DNA of 64,000 nucleotides from positions 26,165-90,164 of the forward strand of contig NIVC01001756.1 in assembly GCA_002269645.1 (NCBI GenBank). Direction: 5' to 3'. Source of the stretch: Macrostomum lignano. Lineage: Eukaryota. Numbering within the stretch: the first letter of the stretch is position 1; every line of letters begins with the position of its first letter. The position numbers were made by a program, and so were the translations under genes. The notes beneath the pieces were generated by a model that worked only from the letters and a program-made list of their open reading frames with translations, was not told the DNA's origin and did not search any database. Positions 11,549 through 25,000 of the stretch are shown here, in pieces.

Positions 11549-12729
11549 GGCGAGGCCAGAGAACTGATTTTGAGTACTGACGGTAATTGTCTCAATTGAC
11601 TGCAACTTTATTTTCAAAGGAAGTCTGCGTGTTAGCAAACTTGTGATAAGAGGCATGTTCTACTTTTATGAATGTACATAGTCTGTTCATTGTTTCTCAA
11701 TCCCTTAATCACAATAGATCTCAATAAATATGTACATTTGAGTTGTCTGCCAAAATTTCTATCTAATAATGTACAGCATTTTATGACGCCCTTAAATTTA
11801 TGCTCTAAACTTTGCAATTGATGTCTGCTCTTGTTACGCAATTGTTTTCACTACTTGCAATGGCGCAACTGACGAATCTATTACTGAACATGCAGCTGAG
11901 AACACATAATTTCAATTTTCCATTCTATTATTTTAGGACAAGGCGATTAGATTTGTAAATATGACACTGTTTTTAAATCTGCATGGGTCATTGGGGCTGG
12001 GAAAAGCATCCGTTTCTTTGGGAATTTTCTTTCCCCTTTTTTCAGCTTCTGCATAGGCGTGGTTGAAGAATAAAAAAATTAACAAATAATTTAAAAAGCT
12101 TTCAGGCGCAGGCAGTTACAGAAAAGTACAGTGAGTAGCATTGAGAATTTCGTTTATTTCATGCATGTCTGTAGAAAGCTACATCTTGTAGACTACTTAC
12201 TGGTACTATTATTATTAAGTAAGCTTTTTATAGTACAGATTTAGGATTAGGCATTACATGTACAATCAAGCTAATATAATTAACAGACTAGAGACACCTG
12301 TTCATAAATGAAATCAAATCCAGCAGTAAAAGGACGCATCATTATCGAGAGAAAATTGCAGGATAACGAGTGCAATAAATTATAGTATACGATGTGTACA
12401 AGAGTAAAGCGGGAAGATGTGTAACTCGTGTACATGATATGTAATAAAAACTGATAAATTTTTTATTACTAATAGTAATATTAGTACGCTGACACAGTTT
12501 GTACAATCAACTTGAAAAATACAATATTTTGGCACTAAAAAGCCTTCGACAATGGAATAGGCATTACCACTTTTTCTAAGACACTAAAATTTTCATTCAA
12601 TTAGACTTATACATCTAAGGATAATAAGTGCTCAAATTTCATCGCCAAGGCTAAACATTACATTAATACGACTATTAAGGCTAACTGGAAAATTTAATTC
12701 AAAAACATTTTTAATGCAGGTGCAACTGG

Positions 12730-13075
12730 AAATTTTCACTTAAGAATGAAAGGAAAATTCCACTCTCAAGGATGAATGGAAAATTTCACTCTCAAGGATG
12801 AATGGAAAATTCTACTCCAAGGATGTTAAGGATGAATGGAAAATCCCACTCTCAAGGATGAATGGAAAATCCCAATCTGAAGAATGAATGGCAAATTCCA
12901 CTCTCAAGGATGAATGGAAAATTCCAATCTGAAGAATGAATGGCAAATTCCACTCTCAAGGATGAATGGAAAATTCCAATCTGAAGAATGAATGGCAAAT
13001 TCCACTCTCAAGGATGAATGGAAAATTCCACTCTCTAGGATGAATGGAAAATTCCACTCTCAAGGATGAATGCAA
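12730..13075. repeat. 26-bp minisatellite (GGAAAATTCCACTCTCAAGGATGAAT)
   Basis: Read directly; downstream of the zinc-finger stop codon. Confidence 0.9.
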
Positions 13076-13225
13076 GTATATATCTGTACAGAAAATTTAA
13101 AATTGAAAATCCCGCTGAAAAAGGATGAAAAATGATATACCAATTAATCGAACAAGTGTTAAATTTTTGAACACAGAAAGACAACCATCGCTATGTCGGT
13201 AAGATCAAATGTCTTTTAAACCCAT

Positions 13226-14909
13226 CTAGAATGGAAACTTAAAAGCGGCCACCGCAGCAGCTGCCGCGGCTGCAGTCGAGGACGATACTCCTCCACCGAC
13301 ATCGCCGACCTCGTCGCTAGCGGCGGCGTTATCTTTGCTAGTGCCGGCGCCGACGTCGCCAGCCTGCCTATCCTGCTGCTCGTGCTTACTAAGATGCTTA
13401 GCCAAATAAGTCTCAGAATTGTAAGCCTTGTTGCAGATCCTACACAGCAGCACCCGGCTGTACCTGTTGGCGCCGTGCTTTGCAGCCGTGTGCGTGTCCA
13501 AATCGTCGCGAGTGTCAAAGCAGGCCCGACAGGCGGCGCACCTGTGCGGCTTGTCGCGCTGATGCTGGCGCTGGTGACTCTGCAGGTTGCTCATCTGGGC
13601 GAATGTTTTGGCGCAGTGACAGCAACGATAGGGCCGGTCACCAGTGTGCACCCGTTCGTGCTGCTGCACATGAGACAGCTGGGTGAATCGCTTGTCGCAG
13701 AATTTGCAACCGTACGGCCTCAGACCGGTGTGAATTCGCCTGTGCTGGCCCAGGTAGGCAGCTGTAGCGAACTGCCTGCCGCAGGTGTCGCATTGGTGCG
13801 GCCTGGCGTCAGTTTTGTGCGCCGCACTGTTGTGCTGTTGCAGATCCTGCTTGCTGAAGCAGAGCTGCGGTTGGCGTGTGGTGAATGGGGAGGAGGCAGG
13901 GAATGTATTGTAGCTTGGAAAAAGCCGGGTTCCAAATATTAAACACTGTATTCGCATTCGATCGATTTGAAGTAATAATCAAAATTAGCATATCCAACAA
14001 GGACTACTCAAGTAGGACGGGAAACTAAACTTATTGCTTTTGATAGCAGGCAGACCCAATGTTCATATTTTGACATGCTGACATTCGATATAAAAGCAAA
14101 TACAAATCTTATGCTAAAAAATGAAAACCTCCATTCTCCGTAATTTTTCGGTAAAAAATGCCTCCTAAAATTTTCCAAAGAAACGTAGTTTCCTGCCCTA
14201 CTTTGAGTAGTTCTTGAGTATATCCTATAGAATTTATAGAATTTAGGCTCTAAGAGGTTTAAATTAGTAACTAGCTCGTATAAATAGACATCAAAGCCTT
14301 AAGCCAGCATATTACTTGAACTTAGCACTACTTAGCATTGGCCCCAATTGGCTAGTCAAGGAAACAGCTAGTGATCAGCTATGTCACCGGTTCCTGAATC
14401 TATCGATCTTCGCTATTGGCTGTCAACTAATAAACGCTCACCTGCTGACAGATCTTGCACTTAAATCCACAAAAGGATTGCTCCTCCTGCTGCTGCTGTG
14501 TCACTGGCTTCTCATTCGCTGAGCTATTCCTTGTCAGAGTAGAATTCTGAGCCAGTGGCGGCGGCGCAGACTGTTGAACAGCAGAGGAAACGGGCTGCCG
14601 TTGTTGGTCATCACTAGGCGACGGAGCCTGCTGTTGCTGCTGCTGGCCATAGGCGGCTCCGCTAAATGGATTATACAATTGTTCATATCTGCTGCCACTT
14701 TGGGCCTGATAGACAGCGGCGGCAGCGTGATAGGAGCCCAATGGCCACCAGAATGATGGCGGCTGTGGTGTTGGTGGCAGGTGTTGATGAGGCGACATTG
14801 GTACTGGATGATGCTGATGAGGTGGCGGCCCAGCATTGGGCTGACTATGAGCTGGAGTTCCATTCATAATAGCAGAGTGATGATGCTGCCCAGACTTTGC
14901 CAATTGATG
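13226..14909 (-). CDS. C2H2 zinc-finger transcription factor, rotund/squeeze/lin-29/ZNF384-ZNF362 family
   Basis: Exons 14909-14442 and 13864-13226 (donor CAG|GTGAGC, acceptor CCGCAG, phase 0 restores CKICQQ|LCFSKQDLQQH). Fingers FATAAYLGQHRRIH, FTQLSHVQQHERVH, FAQMSNLQSHQRQH and YNSETYLAKHLSKH match the rotund/lin-29 recognition helices. An acceptor TTACAG at 14910 implies an upstream exon. Confidence 0.9.
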
Positions 14910-16888
14910 CTGTAAGTTAAAATTGTTTTAATTGTAACAAGTATGACTATGAGTAGACACATTGTTTAAAAGGTTATTTACTTGAATATTTATTACAATT
15001 GCTCCCTCTAAATGCAAGCTTTTGGCATAGCTGCACAAAGCTTTTATATTCCTATATATTAGTTGACAGATTTTGAGCTATACCTATAAACATAAATATT
15101 TTCTAGATTCTTTTAATATCTATAAATAACAATGACATGAGAAAAACTGGCATGTACAATGTACTTACAATTGCATTTACTTTAATTTTTAAATAACAAA
15201 AAATCAGGTGTATTCTAAAAAATCTTTCTATAAATCAAGGCTTAGACAATTTGGTTTTTTATTAGTATAGGCCTAGATCTAATTCAATATGAATAGACTA
15301 AGATTGGTACTAAGAAAATCACTAGTTTAATGTAGACCTAAATAGGTTTATTTGCCATTATACTAACAATCTACTAGGTAAAACTAATAGTTTTTATAAT
15401 TAAATTGCTCATTCATCTTATCAATCTTTATTCATTCATTCTAATTGTAGCCTAAGCTTTTGCCAAGAATTTTAGGTTGTTATTGCTAATATGGCAATTA
15501 CTATTACCTATGCCCCTATCATATATATATATATTGCTCGTAAATTGCAGAAAGCTTCAAGCCTTAGGCCTAGCATAGATTCTTATGAAATTTTTATTTG
15601 TTGTTTTTTGTTTTGATTTAGACCTATGTTCATATAATCTCCAACTGCAACTAGCTAGGCTTAGGTTCTATGTACTGCACTAGATTTATAGGTCTAGGTC
15701 ATTCCCATAAACTATAACTATCAACTCTTACTTATTAGTCTAAGGGCCTATTTGAACTTGATTAGGCCTTATTTGAGCAAAGAAAAAGGACCAATTTCAT
15801 AAGGCATTGCTACTACCATTTAAAAGGTACTTAGGCCCTAGCTACTAGGCCCTAATTGGCTTTTGTTTTTTGAGTTTAATAGTCATATTCTAATTTTTAC
15901 CAATCTATTAACTTTTGGCTTCACAAGCTTAGCAGTGGGATAGGATAAAAGGAGTTTCTAAGCAATGTCAATACTCTATACTCTATGGTCAAAAGGCTTG
16001 GTTTTTATAGTAGACTACAAATTTGTGGTTTTATAATAGGCCTAGCAGTTTGTTTAGCTAAAAACAAAACTTTACCTGCTAAAGTTTAGCATTTCAAGAG
16101 TCAGCTAAGATAAGAATGGAGATTTTACTATTTGACACATTTCAAAATTAGCTGATATTTTGGTCAAAAATTATTGGCCAAGAGAGTTTAAAGATCACAT
16201 TAATTATGATGCAATAATGACTTCAAATAGTATTTCCAAATGAATCTAAAAATATGATAAATTTAACTTTCTAGTAGATCATATTGCCATTGGCCCAGGC
16301 CCCAGAGTTGGAATACAATGCCCCAAGCCAAGAAGTAAAAGTCTGATTTTATATGAGCATTGAGCTAACATTGACTTGCTCAGTCCATTGGACTCCATGA
16401 TAGATCTAATCTTTTCCTATGCCTACACCTTTTTTCTTCTATTTCTTTGCCTCAAAAATGTTAGAAAAACTTCCAAACATTGACTTGCAAGCTCCCATTG
16501 AGGATAAAGAAGTTTCTTCTGTTCTATAGTATCGGTACCATTTTAATTCAATCAAAGCCACAAAAAGCCACTTCATAGGGCCTAGCCCTAGGTTTATTCA
16601 ATTTTTACCTTCTTATGTTCCTGCCACAAAGATGTTTGTTTATGGCACAACCCTACTGCTAACTAGCAGCTGCTATTAAGCTAAGCAGCTCAGAGATGAA
16701 ACCAAAACTTCTTAACTATTGGTTAGCTGCTGCTGCTGAAGCACTTCATGTGCTTCACGAAATTGGTCCCACTCCCAGGGGTTGTAGGCTTAGTTGTAGG
16801 CTAAGAAGTTGTAATCGTTGTTAAGCATGTTTGAAAATAAATATTAAAAAAACTAATGACTTTTTACTAAAATGATCATCATGCTTAC

Positions 16889-16930
16889 CGGCATGAGCAT
16901 TAAGAAGCTATTGATCAAATTCCACCCCAT
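16889..16930 (-). CDS. Candidate first coding exon of the zinc-finger gene (MGWNLINSFLMLMP)
   Basis: ATG at 16930, 14 codons, then a strong phase-0 donor CCG|GTAAGC compatible with the 14910 acceptor. No homology support. Confidence 0.4.
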
Positions 16931-17404
16931 GTACCGCTTGCCTAGGCTGCTATGTTGTCTTGTCCGCCGTTGGTTAGTATTACGACGACTGGCCAGTTTT
17001 TTTTAAAGAAAAAGCACAAACATGTAACGATGATACTCTTACTCTGTTTTTAAGTATTTTAGCACTTTATCTCTCGCAAGGGTTTTAGCAGCTGCTAATA
17101 ATGGCACATTGCAGGTATTTGTTATGATTTTACATATTACAAAATTTGAGATCCTATTTTTCTTCGAACCACCAGATGATAATCAGCGTCATTAAGTTGA
17201 GTTGAAGGAGCAAATATACGTCAAAAAGTAACATTGCTTGATAATTGTAATATCAATAGTATCTAGTATTTCTCTATTGTAAGATCTATCTAAGCCTATC
17301 TCTTTTTCACCAACTTTCTTGTTATATGCTGCCACGAATAGCATTTGCATAGCATAAATTTTTGTCAGGGCCTAATGCAATCTGCTGCAGCTGCAATTGA
17401 TAAT

Positions 17405-17692
17405 AATGGCTAGAGTTCCGGCACCGGAACCCGTTTTCTAATGCTCCAGATCCGGCAGTCTTCTGCAGGCAGTTATCTACTAATGAATTCTTTGAACATT
17501 AGAAGTATCTTGTTTTGAATCTCATCATTTTTTATCTCATCTTGTTGAACAAAATCTCAATATCAACCACCATTTAAAAAGTAAAATGTTTCTGCTATAT
17601 TGTACCCATAAATTGCACTACTAGAATACCACTGCCAGATCCATAGCTATTAGTGTTAGAAAATGGGTTCTGGTGCCAAAACTCTAGCCATT
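17405..17692. mobile_element. MITE-like element with 37-bp imperfect terminal inverted repeats
   Basis: 17405-17441 AATGGCTAGAGTTCCGGCACCGGAACCCGTTTTCTAA versus revcomp of 17656-17692 AATGGCTAGAGTTTTGGCACCAGAACCCATTTTCTAA (4 mismatches). No clear TSD. Confidence 0.75.
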
Positions 17693-19082
17693 GCTGCAAT
17701 AATGCAATTGATCATGTCATGTTTGCATTGAAGTCAATTTTTTACACTGTTAAGGACTGAGGAGGGCAAATGGAGACAATAAACAAATTTTTTTGTTCAT
17801 TAATTGTCAAACATGGTTCCCATTTTGTCAAAAGGCTCGTAGTAGAAACAGAATAGCTTATAGGAAAACATAATTAAATAAATTGAATTCATTTAATAAA
17901 CAACATAAATTTATTTCAAAAAGGTAGCAAGATTATTAAGCCTAATGTCAGAAATTTTGGTACCAGGACAGTTTGTTGCCACTTCAAATGGAAGCTTTGC
18001 AGTCTTGTAGAGAAGTATTTTTTCAAAAAAATATTTAGGTTTTATTTTAAAAATAGAATAGTTTATTTATGAATTATGAGCAAATGAGTCTGTGACTATG
18101 ATGGTGAGTACTATTCCATATATAGCTTATACTATACCATTAAATCTCCTTACTTTTTGCTAACAGCTTCTGTTTTATATCTCTATCTCTACAGCCATAG
18201 CCTTCTATTTACTAGCCTATATATTGAAAATTAACAAATCAAAGCAAGACAATTGCTACAAGGCTATGATTTTCATTTGACAAGTATCTTGGCTGTAGGT
18301 ATTAACTATTTTAGGATTAATTATTGAATTAATATACAAAGTGGGGTTGGAATACCAATAGTCAATCCCAAGATTTTTTTATCTTAGACAATTATAATCT
18401 TTAGATTTAAGATTAATCAAACTAAGATCCTAAGATTTGGATCTCTGATTTATATTTAAGTCTTAGAAAATTTGTTTATTCTTTTACTCTAATAAGAATA
18501 TACATCTTAAGGTGCAATTATACAAAATAAGAGTATATATAGTTTAATTAATTGGAATTATAAAAATATAAAACATTGATAAAGCTATAATTAAATATTT
18601 TTCTGTTTAATTTTAGTCAAGTACATTTTTTTTCTCATCAATTTTTAGTATAAACTAGAAGGGTTTGGATATAGATTTATTTAAGATCAGTTATTGTCAA
18701 TTTATTTTATCCATTTTGTAATTATTTAATAACTTATTTGTAGATGATGGTTAATTCCAGGCTATTAAGCATAATGTAATGATAGTATCTAATATTCAAA
18801 TTCAATAGCTAAAATTAGTTAGACCTATGCTAAAACTATACCCTTGTATAGCCAAGATCTAAGCTATATTAGACATCCTTTTTGTTCTAAACAATTATCC
18901 TTCCTTATATATAACCTTTATCCCTTATGCACCCCTCCTACATTTTATATCCTAATACCCCCTTACATGCACCTTGTATCTTTCTTTGCATTATAAAATA
19001 GGGATTTGCATATTTTCTTATATTAAAAACTTAACCATTTTATTATTTCAGACTTGCAAAAAATAAATATCAAAGATTGAAT

Positions 19083-22000
19083 ATGCTTTCTTCTACTAAC
19101 TCTGATACCTTCAAGTGTATAGTGCCAGTGACACTATGGAGCAAAGAGCCACCTAGTCATTGTATCACATCTATAATACTCATGCCAGAGCACAGCAGTA
19201 TTGTAACTGGCAGCAGAGAGGGACATATTATTGTCTGGGATGTTCAGGAACAATGGAAGGTTGGTATTTGTATATAATATAGAGCAATATTCAAATTTAT
19301 CTTCTTATTAGTAATAATGATCAGGTTTGTAAATTTAATTATTCTTGTTATCTCTCCCAAACCAACAGCTGAAGCCTGAATTTGTGTACTTCTCGCACAA
19401 CACCAGCGTTGATGTTCTGTGCGAAGTGTTTGTAACGCTGCCAGACTCCACACCAGATTTGGATGGGCATTTTGTTAGTTCCGATGCTAGCGGGTGAGTA
19501 GAATTGGTACAGAGGAATGGAGAATGTTAGACAAAGACAAAGTAAGGGAGAGAGTAGAAGACCACGTCAGGGAGAGCGAAAGACCAGGTGAGAGAGAGTA
19601 GAAGACTAGGTGAGGAGAGAGAGCGGAAGACCAGGCGAGGGAGAGAGCGGAATACCAGGCGAGGGAGAGAGCGGAAGACCAGGTGAGGGAGAGAGCGGAA
19701 GACCAGGTGAAGGAAAGAGCGGAAGACCAGAAGAGGGAGAGAGTGGAAGACCAGGTGAGGGAGAGAGCGGAATACCAGATGAGGGAGAGAGCGGAAGACC
19801 AGAAGAGAGAGAGCGGAAGACCAGAAGAGGGAGAGAGCGGAAGACCAGAAGAGGGAGAGAGCGGAAGACCAGAGGAGGGAGAGAGCGGAAGACCAGAGGA
19901 GGGAGAGAGCGGAAGACCAGAAGAGGGAGAGAGTGGAAGACCAGGTGAGGGGGAGAACGAGGACCAGGTGAGAGTCAGTTGATGACAGCCATGTGAAGGG
20001 AAGAGCAGCAAACATGACTGAAGCACTTAATCAAAGCAGCAGTAATTTCCAACCGCCAACAGCAAAATGATGCTGTGGAATATGAACGCAGCCACGTGCA
20101 AGCTGACCAGACACTCGCAGTTCGTTCACACTGCGATCAAGTACTATCAATCAACTTCGTCAAGTACACCCATGCTGCTGTGCTGCGGTCGCTATCCGGA
20201 CATTCTAGTACTAAATCCGGCCACATTGGATTCATTGTTCACTTTGTCTTCGCGTAGGAAGCCGCAATGGATGTCCGCTTTTAGCGTGTTCAGCCACCAA
20301 GGCTGCAATGGTTCGTGCGCCTTTGTGTGCTTATTGAGTCCACACCTTCCAATGTACATCCACACCTTCAACCCAAGACCAATGTACACCCCAAAACACC
20401 AATCCGAGACCAATGTACACTTAAGACACCAATCCGAGACAAATGTAAATCACAACTTCAACCCGAGACCAATGTACATCCACAACCCCAACCCGGGCCA
20501 ATGTACATCCACTACCCCAACTCAGGACCAATGTACACCCACTAACCCAACCCGAGACCAATGTACATCCACACCTTTAGCCTGAGACCAATTTACATCC
20601 AAAACATGCACCCGAGACCAATGTACATCCACTACCCCAACTCAGGACCAATGTACACCCACTAACCCAACCCGAGACCAATGTACATCCACACCTTTAG
20701 CCTGAGACCAATTTACATCCAAAACATGAACCCGAGACCAATGTACATCCACCCCAACCCGAGACCAATGTACATCCACAACCCCAACCCCGAGACCAAT
20801 GTACATCCACAACCCCAACCCCGAGACCAATGTACAATACATCCACAACCCCATTCGATATTTATTAATTTAGCTAATTGTTCAAATCAATTTTCAGAGG
20901 ACGTACTATTAGGCATATCCAGCTGTGGTACGGTTTTCATGTGGACTATTACTGGCGATGAAAAGAAGGTACATAACTATATAGTGGAAATATAATTATC
21001 TCTTACATAATTCTGACAGTACTCAGTGCTAAACGAGAATGTATTTTAATGTTCTGATGTAGTAAGGAGAGGGTCTAAGACCAGTTAAGGGAGAGAGCGG
21101 AAGAAGACCAGTTGAGGGAGAGAGCGGAAGAAGATCAGTTGAGGGAGAGAGCGGAAGAAGCCCAGTTGAGGGAGAGAGCGGAAGAAGACCAGTTGAAGGA
21201 GAGAGCGGAAGAAGACCAGTTGAAGGAGAGAGCGGAAGAAGACCAGTTGAAGGAGAGAGCGGAAAGAGACCAGTTGAGGGAGAGAGCGGAAGATCAGTTG
21301 AAGGAGAGAGCGGAAGAAGACTCTTTTCTAGGAAGACCAGGCCTTGGAACTTGGCATTTAAATTTCAACTGATGAAGTTACCTCCAACTCGGTGCAATGA
21401 ATCATAACAATAACGCCAGGGAGGCGTCAAACTCGAGGACGAATCGAAAACCGTTCGGTGCATGAGCACCCAGGCGATGGCCTGTCACCCAGACAATCCT
21501 CGCACGTTGCTGCTGGTGACGCCAAAGTTCTGGCAGATTTATGACGCCGTAGACATGTGCCTGCTGGTGTCGCAGGAGGCGCCCAAGGGCACTCGCTGGC
21601 AGTCGGGAGATTTTCTAGCCATCAATCGGGTACTGGTCGGCACTACTGATGGCGAAGCTTACGTTTATCAGCTGCCTGCCGGGTGAGAAGTCAATCAGTT
21701 TTGTTTGATTTGTTATTGCTAAACTGATAGTGGAGTCTGTGAAGTGATCAATCAATGGCTTTTATGGCTGTTTGTTTGATTGTTGAACGTGAAATTATTT
21801 TTGATTCGTTGATTTCTTGTTTCATTTCTTTGATTTAATTAATTTATTAATTACCCTTTCGAATCCGTTTTTCATCCACCAAATCCTCTGATCCTCAGAA
21901 ACCGGATACTCAGACTCCAGATCCTCAGACCCTCACTCTCCAGATCCTCAGACCCTCACTCTCCAGATCCTCAGACCCTCACTCTCCAGATCCTCAGACC

Positions 22001-25000
22001 CTCACTCTCCAGATCATCAGACCCTCACTCTCCAGATCCTCAGACCCTCACTCTCCAGATCCTCAGACCCTCACTCTCCAGATCCTCAGACCCTTACTCT
22101 CCAGATCCTCAGACCCTTACTCTCCAGATCCTCAGACCCTCACTCTCCAGATCCTCAGACCCTCACTCTCCAGATCCTCAGACCCTCACTCTCCAGATCC
22201 TCAGACCCTCACTCTCCAGATCCTCAGACCCTCACTCTCCAGATCCTCAGACCCTCACTCTCCAGATCCTCAGACCCTCACTCTCCAGATCCTCAGACCC
22301 TCACTCTCCAGATCCTCAGACCCTCACTCTCCAGATCCTCAGACCCTCACTCTCCAGATCCTCAGACCCCACCCCAGATCCTCACACTCCAGATCCTCAG
22401 ATCCTCAGACCCCAGACTCCCAGATCCTCAGATCCTCAGACCCCAATAAGCACATTGCTTGTATTGGGAAACTGTATTTACAATTGTAACGAAACCTGCA
22501 CTTGCTTTGGCAATTATTGCCATGTATAACAAAGTTGAATAATTAAAATTATTTATACTACTATGGCTAATATTTGATTAAAATTAAGAATATCTAGTAT
22601 ATTTTTAATTACCTTGGTTGCATTATCATTTTGTCATACAAAAATGTCACTTAATTCCGTATCATTAATATTAATACGCAGCGCACTTCGCGGTAAAAAG
22701 TTCTCTGCCGGGTAAGTTGAGAGCAACATTGGCAGTAAAGCATCTGTTTTTCTATCAATAATTTACTAATTTCTATTATTTTCACGTTGTATAACATTGC
22801 ATGCCAAGTTTGACGAATAGGTATTTGAGTTTTTAAAGCACTGTACAAAGTTTAGCACAGAAAAATGGTGATCGACTGTTTATTTTATAATTAATAAATC
22901 TTACCTGGTAAAGTGTTTACTCAGATTTTAATTACTAATAGTAGCATATCTTTCATTTATTATGTATAGGTACTGGCGTACTATATCTATTGACATTTAT
23001 AAATGCATTAAAGTTTTTTACTGCTACGGGTTCTGAAGTATTTACTGTAGTGTCCCACCCTTGATTAAAAATATAGTTTTTTACCATTATTTTCTTTACT
23101 ATATAGAATCTGGAAAGATTTGTAGTGTATTTTGCACATATTGCACAACTTATCGACTGTTCTTTAAGTTTTGTGGTCTTCAACACTTTGCAAGGTGAAG
23201 TGGGGCGTGTGCTGGCCGGAGTGGGGTGAGTGTTAGGCGGAGTGGGGTGAGTGTTAGGCGGAGTGGGGTGAGTGTTAGGCGGAGTGGGGTGGGTGCTAGG
23301 CGGAGTGGGGTGAGTGTTAGGCGGAGTGGGGTGGGCGCTGGACGGAGTGGGTGAGTGTTAGGCGGAGCGGGGTGGGTGCTGGGCGGAGTGGGGTGGGTGC
23401 TAGGCGGAGTGGGATGGGTGCTAGGCGGAGTGGGGTGGGTGCTAGGCAGAGTGGATGGGTGCTAGGCGGATTGGGGTGGGTGCTAGGCAGAGTGGGGTGG
23501 GTGCTAGGCAGAGTGGGGTGGGTGCTAGGCGGATTGGGGTGGGTGCTAGGAGGACGGCTGGGTGCTAGGCGGAGTGGTGTGGGTGCTAGGCAGCGTGGTG
23601 TGTGTTCTACTGCTTCAGAAAATGAACCAGGTGCTTAGGGTACAATAGATAACTACTCGTTACTATAAAAACTGCTTTAGCAATAAAATTTACTTCCCTA
23701 TTTTTGTTTGCTTTTATTTCTCATTGCTTTTTTATTTCTAAACTGACGTCACAGTGCTACAGATGGTGCAGAGCATCTGCGTCGGTGCGAGAAGCCAACA
23801 CTTACCTGTAAATTGCTTCTGGCCGGCGGCGGTCCAACAGGGAACAAACCGGCCGAACCGTACGGTCCCGGCTTCAATCCGGCCGCCGCTGGCGCCGTGT
23901 TCCTGTATCACCGACTGCCCGCTGGCGGCTCGCTAGTCATCTGCTCACACGGCCAAGCCGGACTGACTCTCTGGTTTCTGGCGCCAAATGTTGGCGCCGC
24001 TTTGCCGGCTACCGCCGGTGGCGCTGCCTTGTCCGGCGTGCGGCCGAGTGTGCATACAAGCCTGCGGCTGCTCTGGCCGGCCGAGCGTTGGCCACTGGCT
24101 GACTGGGAGGTTACGGCGGCTACGCTGGTTTATACTAGCGGTCGGTTAGCGTTAGGTCTGCAGTCTGGCCATATTGTGCTGCTAACTATGATGCAATGGC
24201 TTGCCGCAGCTTGCTTCCAGGCGCCTAAGTGAGTCCAGCTGCTTGGTTTTGTTGCTTGAGTGCTAGTGAGGTGGGTGCTAGGCGGAGTGGGGTTGATGCC
24301 AGGCGGAGTGAGGTTGGTGCCGGGAGGAGTGAGGTTGGTGCCAAGCGGAGTGAGGTTGGTGCCGGGAGGAGTGAGGTTGGTGCCAGGCGGAGTGAGGTTG
24401 GTGCCAGGCGGAGTGAGGTTGGTGCCGGGCGGAGTGGGGTTGGTGCCAACATAGATAGATGTGGGTGCCAGATGGAGTTAAATGCGTGCCTAATAAAGTG
24501 AGGTTGGTGCCACATATAGTGAGGTGGTTGCCAGATGGAGTGAGGTGGCTGCCATATGGAGTGAGGTGGCTGCCAGATGAAGTGAGGTGGCTGCCAGATG
24601 GAGTGAGGTGGGTTCCAGATGGAGTGAGGTTGGTGCAGGTGGTGTGAATGCGGTATGAAATTCATGACCCCCAGCTGTATATCAAATTAAGCATGACTGT
24701 AAACTAATCGCCAACATCCACCTTAGCTGCAACAATACTTGGCTTGATATTTCAGACCCGATCCGCCCACGCATCTCCGCTTGTCGGGTCACACCCGGGC
24801 CGTGACTGCCCTACTGCACCCGGCCAGCCTGGCTCCCGATCGATACAATCCCATCCATCTGGTGTCCGGAGCTGAAGATTTCTCCGTTGCTCTGTGGGAC
24901 TGCGAATCCGGCTCGTTGATACATCTATTCTGCGTCCACGGCGGCCCGGTGGCATCGCTGCAGCTACCTCCTAACGGCTGCCAGGGCTCCCGCCTGGCCG

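Noticed and set aside
13382-13942. 186-aa plus-strand ORF
   Set aside because: Antisense shadow of the GC-rich zinc-finger exon.
22651-23186. Two short minus-strand ORFs with Cys pairs in WDR7 intron 5
   Set aside because: AT-rich, no recognisable domain, no splice context.
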